Source: Gemmatimonadales bacterium (GTDB taxonomy: Bacteria > Gemmatimonadota > Gemmatimonadetes > Gemmatimonadales > GWC2-71-9). Taken from it: a DNA stretch of 22,002 bases. The position numbers were made by a program, and so were the translations under genes. This document shows, piece by piece, positions 14,052 through 22,002 of the stretch (position 1 is the stretch's first letter; every line of letters begins with the position of its first letter). The notes below the pieces were generated by a model. The model had not been told where the DNA came from, did not search any database, and worked only from the letters and a program-made list of their open reading frames with translations. The stretch is from positions 1 to 22,002 of the forward strand of contig JBBQFH010000038.1 of assembly GCA_038321865.1 (NCBI GenBank), read 5' to 3'.

Positions 14052-16190
14052 ATGCAATCGAATTCCGCATCGAGCCCGGATGAGGGCGCGCGTGCCCTAC
14101 CGAATCAGCTCCTCCGCTTTGTTGCTGACGCCGGTCGCGACCTGCTGGCTCAGTTCGATTATGGGGCCGCGATCCTGGCGGCGGTGCGCGGGCCGGTTCC
14201 GCAGCTCGCCGATCTGGCGATCCTGTACCTCGACGAACCGGAGCGCGCGGGTCCGCGAATCGATCTCGCGCATCGGGATCCCGCACTGGAGCGCGCCGCG
14301 TGCACGGCGCTGGAACAGCATCAGTCCGAATTGCTGCGGGTGGCCAGGGACGTCGCGCTGCAGACGCGCGCGCGCCGGCCGCAGTGGCTACCGCGACTCG
14401 ATGACGAGACGCTGCGGCGCATCGGGGGTCCGAATACCGGCCTGAGCGGGCTCCGCGATGAGCTGGGCATCGGTTCCGTCCTGGTGTTTCCGATGTATTC
14501 GAATGATCGGATCCACGGCGCCTACGCGCTCGCCCGGCTGGCCGATCAGCCGCCGCTCGCGGCGGCTGAGCTGGCGGCGGGCAGCCTGCTGGCACAGCGG
14601 GCATCGCTCGCGATCGAGAACGGCCGCCTCCGGCGCGCGGCCGACGAGGAGTCGCTGCGCCGGGTCCGTGAGGAGCGAACGCTGCGGCAGTGGGGCCATG
14701 TCTTCGAGTATGCCGAGTGGGGCGTAGCGGTACTGCGGGCAGATGGTTCGATCGACGCCGCAAATCCCGCCTTGGCGCGCATGCACGGCACCGGCTCCGC
14801 GGCTGCTCTCGTCGGCCGGAGCTTCGTCGACCTCGCTGTGCCGGATGAACGAGCGTCGGTCTCCAGCCGGCTCGCCGCCGGCCAGGGTGCCGTGAATTAT
14901 CAAACCACCCACCTCCGGACGGACGGCACGGGCTTGCCCGTACTCGTGAGCGTCACCACGATGGCGGAGGACGAGGGGAGCCCTGGGTATCGGATCGCCA
15001 ACGTGCAGGATCTCAGCGACGTGCGCCGCACCGAAGAGCGCCTCTACCGCGCCCAGCGAATGGAAGCCGTCGGCAGGCTGGCGGGGGGCGTGGCCCACGA
15101 GATCAACAACATGATGACGATCATCCTCGGCTTCACCGATTTCCTCCGCGACACCGTCAGCCCTTCCGACCGCCCCGATGTCGAGGAGGTGCGGAAGGCG
15201 GCGATCCGGGCCGCCGGCATCACCCAGCAGCTGTTGGCCTATGGTCGCCAGCAGTTGCTGAACTCCGCTGTGCTCGACCTGGACGGGGTGGTGACGGAAA
15301 TGGCTGGCGTGCTCCGCCCGCTGCTGCCGGCGAGCGTTGCGCTGGAGACCCGGCTGGTGGGCCACGGCCGCGTACGAGCTGACCGGGCACAGCTCGAACA
15401 GGTCATCATCAATCTCGCCTTCAATGCCCGGGATGCGATGCCCCGCGGTGGGACGCTCACCCTTGGGGCCGAGTTTCGTGAGCTCGATGCCGACTACGCG
15501 ACGTCCAGGGTCGGCGTGCCCGTGGCGCCAGGCCGGTATGCCCTGCTCAGCGTCGCCGACGACGGCTCGGGGATGAGCGCCGAGACCCAGGCTTGCCTGT
15601 TCGAGCCGTTCTTTACGACCAAGCCTGTGGGGCAGGGCACCGGCCTCGGGCTCGCCACCGTCTACGGGATCGTCAAGCAGAGCGACGGCTTCATCTGGGT
15701 CGACAGCGAGATCGGCCGGGGAACGACGTTCACCGTGTGCCTCCCCCAGGTCGACGTGGCCCCGGATGACGCCGTGGAATCGGCTGAGACGGAAGCCGTC
15801 GAAGGGGGGAGAGAGACGATCCTGCTGGTCGAGGATGACGAGTCGGTCCGCATGCTCACGCTTCGGGCGCTTCGCGAGGCCGGCTACCGGGTCGTGGATG
15901 CGCGCAACGGGCGCGAGGCGCTGGAGCTGGTCCGGCCCGGATCACTCGAGTTCGACGCGGTCGTAACCGACATCGTCATGCCCGGGATGGGCGGGACCGA
16001 TCTCCGTGAAGAGCTTCGCCGGACCCATCCGCACGTTCCGGTGCTGTATATCTCTGCGTCCCAGTTCGACGATGCGCGGCAGAAGGGCCTGGTCGGGCCG
16101 GGTGATCCATTCCTGCAGAAGCCCTTCACGCCGCATGGCCTGATGAGAGCAGTCCGGGTGCTCCTCGATGCGGGCCTGACCCCTGGCTGA
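14052..16190 (+). CDS. Cytoplasmic hybrid sensor histidine kinase (GAF-like, PAS, HisKA, HATPase, receiver)
   Basis: H-box GVAHEINN; N-box EQVIINLAFNARDAM; DDGSGM, FEPFFTTK, GTGLGLA; receiver EDD...TDIVMPGM...KPF; PAS (ANPALARMHG...LVGRSF); no TM segment seen. Start 14052 chosen to avoid overlap with the divergent gene. Confidence 0.92.
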   Translation: MQSNSASSPDEGARALPNQLLRFVADAGRDLLAQFDYGAAILAAVRGPVPQLADLAILYLDEPERAGPRIDLAHRDPALERAACTALEQHQSELLRVARDVALQTRARRPQWLPRLDDETLRRIGGPNTGLSGLRDELGIGSVLVFPMYSNDRIHGAYALARLADQPPLAAAELAAGSLLAQRASLAIENGRLRRAADEESLRRVREERTLRQWGHVFEYAEWGVAVLRADGSIDAANPALARMHGTGSAAALVGRSFVDLAVPDERASVSSRLAAGQGAVNYQTTHLRTDGTGLPVLVSVTTMAEDEGSPGYRIANVQDLSDVRRTEERLYRAQRMEAVGRLAGGVAHEINNMMTIILGFTDFLRDTVSPSDRPDVEEVRKAAIRAAGITQQLLAYGRQQLLNSAVLDLDGVVTEMAGVLRPLLPASVALETRLVGHGRVRADRAQLEQVIINLAFNARDAMPRGGTLTLGAEFRELDADYATSRVGVPVAPGRYALLSVADDGSGMSAETQACLFEPFFTTKPVGQGTGLGLATVYGIVKQSDGFIWVDSEIGRGTTFTVCLPQVDVAPDDAVESAETEAVEGGRETILLVEDDESVRMLTLRALREAGYRVVDARNGREALELVRPGSLEFDAVVTDIVMPGMGGTDLREELRRTHPHVPVLYISASQFDDARQKGLVGPGDPFLQKPFTPHGLMRAVRVLLDAGLTPG

Positions 16191-16296
16191 GGTGTGGTGG
16201 CCAGGCCGGGCCACGGCTATTTTTCAGGCCGAGCCGGGGCGGCACGCGGCGCCCCCTCCACCCTGATCGAAGCCCCTCCGGGGCTCAGGAGGCCGC

Positions 16297-17421
16297 ATGA
16301 CGACGAGCACCCTGCCCTCGACCGAGACGCAGACCGACACCTTTCCGATCAACGGTACTGACTACATAGAGTTCTACGTCGGGAACGCGAAGCAGGCGGC
16401 GCAGTATTATCGCAGCGCTTTCGGGTTCGAGCTCCTGGCGTACCGGGGTCCGGAAACGGGCGTCCGCGATCGGGCGAGCTACCTGCTGGTCCAGAACAAG
16501 GTTCGCCTGATTCTGACTTCGGCCATCGGGCCGGACAATCCCATCGCCGATCACGTGTATCGCCACGGCGACGGCGTGCGAGACATCGCGCTCTGGTTGG
16601 ACAACGCGCGTGAGGCCTTCGCGGTGGCCATCGAGCGGGGCGCGACGGCGGTGCGCCAGCCCGAGGTGCTGCGCGACGAGCATGGCGAGATCATCATCGC
16701 GGCCATTCAGACCTACGGCGACACGATCCATTCGCTGGTCCAGCGCAGCGATTACACCGGCCCGTTCATGCCCGGCTTCCAGCCCGTGACCTCGCGGTAC
16801 GCTCCCGCGCCGGTCGGGCTGCAATACGTCGACCACTGCGTGGGCAACGTCGAGCTCGGCAAGATGAACGTCTGGGTGAAGTTCTACGAGGACGTGATGG
16901 GCTTCCGCAACCTGATCTCGTTCGACGACAAGGACATCTCCACCGAGTATTCCTCGCTGATGTCGAAGGTGGTCGCCAGCGGCAACGACCGCATCAAGTT
17001 TCCCATCAATGAGCCGGCCCAGGGCAAGAAGAAATCACAGATCGACGAATACCTCGAGTTCTATCGGGGCCCCGGCGTGCAGCATCTCGCCATCGCCACC
17101 AACAACATCATCGAGACCGTCACGTCGTTGCGGGATCGGGGGATCGAGTTCCTGCGGGTGCCGGCGACATACTACGAGACGGTGCTCGACCGCGTCGGGA
17201 AGATCGACGAGGACCTCGCTCCGCTGCAGGATCTCGGCATTCTCATCGATCGCGACGACGAAGGGTATCTGCTGCAGATCTTCAGCAAGCCGGTGCAGGA
17301 CCGGCCGACGCTGTTCTACGAGATCATCCAGCGCAAAGGCGCCCGGAGCTTCGGCAAGGGCAACTTCAAGGCGCTGTTCGAAGCCATCGAGCGGGAACAG
17401 GCCCTTCGAGGCAATCTGTAA
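16297..17421 (+). CDS. hppD: 4-hydroxyphenylpyruvate dioxygenase
   Basis: DYIEFYVGNAKQAA, HGDGVRDIA, DHCVGNV, GVQHLA, FYEIIQRKG..FGKGNFKALFEAIEREQ; AGGAGG RBS. Confidence 0.97.
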   Translation: MTTSTLPSTETQTDTFPINGTDYIEFYVGNAKQAAQYYRSAFGFELLAYRGPETGVRDRASYLLVQNKVRLILTSAIGPDNPIADHVYRHGDGVRDIALWLDNAREAFAVAIERGATAVRQPEVLRDEHGEIIIAAIQTYGDTIHSLVQRSDYTGPFMPGFQPVTSRYAPAPVGLQYVDHCVGNVELGKMNVWVKFYEDVMGFRNLISFDDKDISTEYSSLMSKVVASGNDRIKFPINEPAQGKKKSQIDEYLEFYRGPGVQHLAIATNNIIETVTSLRDRGIEFLRVPATYYETVLDRVGKIDEDLAPLQDLGILIDRDDEGYLLQIFSKPVQDRPTLFYEIIQRKGARSFGKGNFKALFEAIEREQALRGNL

Positions 17422-17436
17422 GGGAAAGGTCCGGCG

Positions 17437-18630
17437 ATGCCGATCTACCATACGATGGGCGGGATCCCGCGCAAGCGGCATATCGCGTTTCGCAAACCCG
17501 AAGGCGGGATCTACGCCGAAGAGCTGATGGGGCACGAGGGATTCACCGGAACCTCGTCGCTCCTCTACCACGTCTATCCGCCGACGACGGTCAAGTCGGT
17601 ACGTCGGGTGCGCGAGCTCAAGCTCGAGGCGGATCCCGACCAGACCCTCCGCCACCGGCACTTTCTGACTGCTCGAGTCGGGAAGGGCGGCAGTCCCACG
17701 CTCGACCGCACGCCACTCCTGTTCAATCAGGACATCGCGATGCTGTATGTCGAGCCCGACGTCAACGACGAGCATTTCTATCGGAACGCCCAGGCCGACG
17801 AGCTGGTGTACGTCGCGAAGGGCAAGGGCACGCTCGAGACGGTATTCGGCGACCTGCCGTTCGGCGAAGGCGACTATCTCGTCATTCACCGCGGCATCCT
17901 GCACCGGTATCGCTTCGATGCCGGCGCCGAGCCGACCAAGTTGCTGGTGATGGAAAGCCGGGGACATGTGCGCTGGCCCAAGCGGTACCGGAACGAATTC
18001 GGGCAGCTGATCGAGGGCGCGCCCTACAGTGAGCGCGACATCCGCCGGCCGACCGAGCTGCGCACCCATGACGAGAAGGGCGATTTCCCGATCCTCGTGA
18101 AGCAGTACGATGGCCTCAACGAGATCACCCTTGACCACCACCCGCTCGACGTCGTCGGCTGGGATGGATATTTCTATCCGTGGGCCTTCAATATCATGGA
18201 TTTCGAGCCGATTGTGGGTCGGGTGCATCAGCCGCCGCCGGTGCATCAGACCTTTCAGGGCGATGGCTTCGTGGTGTGCAGCTTCTGCCCGCGGCCCTAC
18301 GACTTCCACCCTGAAGCGATCCCGGCGCCGTACAATCATAGCAATGTGGATTCGGACGAGGTGCTCTACTACGCCTCGAGCGAGTTCATGAGCCGCAAGG
18401 GAATCGAATTCGGCAGCATCACGCACCATCCGGACGGCATTCCGCACGGACCGCATCCCGGACGCGCGGAGGCCAGTATCGGCGCCAAGCACACCGACGA
18501 GCTGGCGGTCATGATGGACAGCTTCCGTCCGCTCAAGGTCGCGAAGCAGGCCATCGCGATCGAGGACCCGGGCTATCATCTGTCCTGGCTGGACGCCCAG
18601 CACGCTCAATTCAACCCGCCGACGAGCTGA
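17437..18630 (+). CDS. hmgA: Homogentisate 1,2-dioxygenase
   Basis: YAEELMGHEGF, RNAQADEL, HPLDVVGWDG, HQPPPVHQTF, PYNHSNVDSDEVLYY, HGPHPG, ELAVMMDSFRPL; directly follows hppD. Confidence 0.94.
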   Translation: MPIYHTMGGIPRKRHIAFRKPEGGIYAEELMGHEGFTGTSSLLYHVYPPTTVKSVRRVRELKLEADPDQTLRHRHFLTARVGKGGSPTLDRTPLLFNQDIAMLYVEPDVNDEHFYRNAQADELVYVAKGKGTLETVFGDLPFGEGDYLVIHRGILHRYRFDAGAEPTKLLVMESRGHVRWPKRYRNEFGQLIEGAPYSERDIRRPTELRTHDEKGDFPILVKQYDGLNEITLDHHPLDVVGWDGYFYPWAFNIMDFEPIVGRVHQPPPVHQTFQGDGFVVCSFCPRPYDFHPEAIPAPYNHSNVDSDEVLYYASSEFMSRKGIEFGSITHHPDGIPHGPHPGRAEASIGAKHTDELAVMMDSFRPLKVAKQAIAIEDPGYHLSWLDAQHAQFNPPTS

Positions 18631-18645
18631 TAGCGGGCGCTGGCC

Positions 18646-20637
<1,992 letters not shown>

Positions 20638-20647
20638 AAGGCCTTTC

Positions 20648-21781
20648 ATGCGCCGCTGGCTCTTCTGCTGTCTGGTGGGCGCGCTCACGGCTCCGCTGCC
20701 GCTGGCGGCGCAGAGTCGCGTCCGCGCGCGCGAACTCGGGGTCGCCCCGGGCGTGCTGCCGACGGGGCCGCACAACGCGATCACCGATGTTCCCGGCGTC
20801 CGCGTCGGCCATGCCACGCTGGTGCAGGGCGACTCGGTGCGCACCGGCGTGACCGCGATTCTTCCCCATGGCGGCAATGCCTACCTCGACCGCGTGCCCG
20901 CGGCCGTCTTCGTCGGCAATGGTTTCGGCAAACTGCTCGGCTCGACTCAGGTCAACGAGCTCGGGGAGCTCGAGAGCCCGATCCTCCTTACCTGCACCCT
21001 GTGCGTGTGGCGTGCCGCCGACGCGCTGGTCGGATGGATGCTCGAACAGCCCGGAATGGCGCGCGTGCAGTCGCTGAATCCGCTCGTCGCGGAAACCAAC
21101 GACGGCCTGCTGAATGCCATCCGGTCCCGCCCGGTCGGTCCCGTCGAGGTACGGGCCGCGCTCGCGGCCGCGGACAGCGGAGCGGTCGAGGAAGGGAGCG
21201 TCGGCGCCGGCACCGGCACGGTGGCGTTCGGATGGAAGGGCGGGATCGGCACGTCGTCACGCCGGCAGACCCCGGACGGCGGCGGCTACACGGTTGGCGT
21301 GCTGGTACAGACCAACTTCGGCGGCGTGCTGCAGGTTCTGGGCGCCCCCGTGGGCCGGGCGCTCGGCTGGCCGGCACATCCGGGGATCACGACCCCCAGG
21401 GGCGACGGCTCGATCATCATCGTCGTCGCGACCGACGCGCCGGTGTCGGACCGGAATCTCCGGCGTGTGGCGGCGCGCGCCATGATGGGGCTCGGCCGGA
21501 CCGGTTCGACGGCCTCGAACGGGTCCGGCGACTACGTAATCGCGTTTTCCACCGCGCCGGAAGTGCGGCGCGCCTTCGGCGCGAAGCGACTCACCAGCGC
21601 GGAGCTGGGCAACGACGAGATGTCATGGTTGTTCGGCGCGGTGGTCGAAGCCACCGAGGAAGCGATCTACAATTCGCTGTTCATGGCGACCACCGTTCGC
21701 TCGAAAACCGCCACCGTCGAGGCGATCCCGCTGGACCGCGTGCGCGAGGTGCTCAAGCGCTACCGCGTCAGCGAGCGGTAG
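20648..21781 (+). CDS. Secreted DmpA/P1-family (S58) aminopeptidase
   Basis: NAITDVPGVRVGH, RTGVTAI, NGFGK, ETNDG, EGSVGAGTG, KGGIGTSSR, autoproteolysis site NG|SGD; signal peptide MRRWLFCCLVGALTAPLPLAA-Q; start reassigned to 20648. Confidence 0.92.
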   Translation: MRRWLFCCLVGALTAPLPLAAQSRVRARELGVAPGVLPTGPHNAITDVPGVRVGHATLVQGDSVRTGVTAILPHGGNAYLDRVPAAVFVGNGFGKLLGSTQVNELGELESPILLTCTLCVWRAADALVGWMLEQPGMARVQSLNPLVAETNDGLLNAIRSRPVGPVEVRAALAAADSGAVEEGSVGAGTGTVAFGWKGGIGTSSRRQTPDGGGYTVGVLVQTNFGGVLQVLGAPVGRALGWPAHPGITTPRGDGSIIIVVATDAPVSDRNLRRVAARAMMGLGRTGSTASNGSGDYVIAFSTAPEVRRAFGAKRLTSAELGNDEMSWLFGAVVEATEEAIYNSLFMATTVRSKTATVEAIPLDRVREVLKRYRVSER

Positions 21782-22001
21782 CGGCGACGTCGCCGCCGGA
21801 CGGCGCCGGCAGCCGCACCTCGAATCGGCAGCGGGGCGAGCCGTCGCGCTCACATCGCTCGACGACGTCGGCGCCGAGCAGGGTGATCAGGAGCGCCTGG
21901 ACCGCTTCGCAGACCTCGCGGTGGCCGGTCGCCGCGGCCGCGACCGGACAGGAGTGTCCGCGAATCGCGTAGCCCTGGTCGATGGCGTCGATCTCGGTGG
22001 C
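21768..22001 (-). CDS. 3' end of a probable ArsR/SufR-like (COG2345-type) transcriptional regulator, partial
   Basis: Manual translation, not in the ORF track: ATEIDAIDQGYAIRGHSCPVAAAATGHREVCEAVQALLITLLGADVVERCERDGSPRCRFEVRLPAP...*; CP-x11-C...C-x7-CRF pattern; converges on and overlaps the peptidase by 14 nt. Confidence 0.7.
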   Translation of the reverse strand, partial: ATEIDAIDQGYAIRGHSCPVAAAATGHREVCEAVQALLITLLGADVVERCERDGSPRCRFEVRLPAPSGGDVAATAR

Positions 22002-22002
22002 G

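Noticed and set aside
12443..14083. 546-aa plus-strand and 513-aa alternative-frame ORFs over the VIT-vWA gene
   Set aside because: Shadow ORFs with no domain motifs overlapping a well-supported gene.
16197..16224. GTGGCC-N6-GGCCAC hairpin followed by a T-run as kinase terminator
   Set aside because: The stem is only 6 bp and is separated from the T-run by 5 nt. The T-run is equally explained as a -10 element, so it was not called.

Overview
A GC-rich (roughly 70% by eye), gene-dense bacterial window. The protein families suggest Gemmatimonadota, but that is inference only. From left to right: (1) the 3' end of a DUF5916-like outer-membrane protein; (2) a tightly coupled 4-hydroxyproline catabolic operon led by a Tat-exported Xaa-Pro peptidase, then aldehyde dehydrogenase, Hyp 2-epimerase, three D-Hyp dehydrogenase subunits and a DHDPS-family deaminase; (3) a membrane-anchored Pro/Ala-rich small protein with a YGGYGGYG tail overlapping a GT-C-like polytopic membrane protein; (4) a small repeat lipoprotein converging on a histone-H1-like protein across a perfect 32-bp palindrome; (5) a minus-strand, translationally coupled unit of secreted VIT-vWA protein, ECF sigma and ZAS anti-sigma; (6) a divergent GAF/PAS hybrid histidine kinase; (7) tyrosine catabolism genes hppD, hmgA and acetoacetate-CoA ligase plus a secreted DmpA-type peptidase; (8) the 3' end of a Cys-containing HTH regulator. 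No RNA genes, mobile elements or CRISPR arrays were seen. The best candidates for something undescribed are the VIT-vWA/ECF/anti-sigma unit with its downstream histone-like gene, and the small-protein/GT-C pair appended to the Hyp operon.
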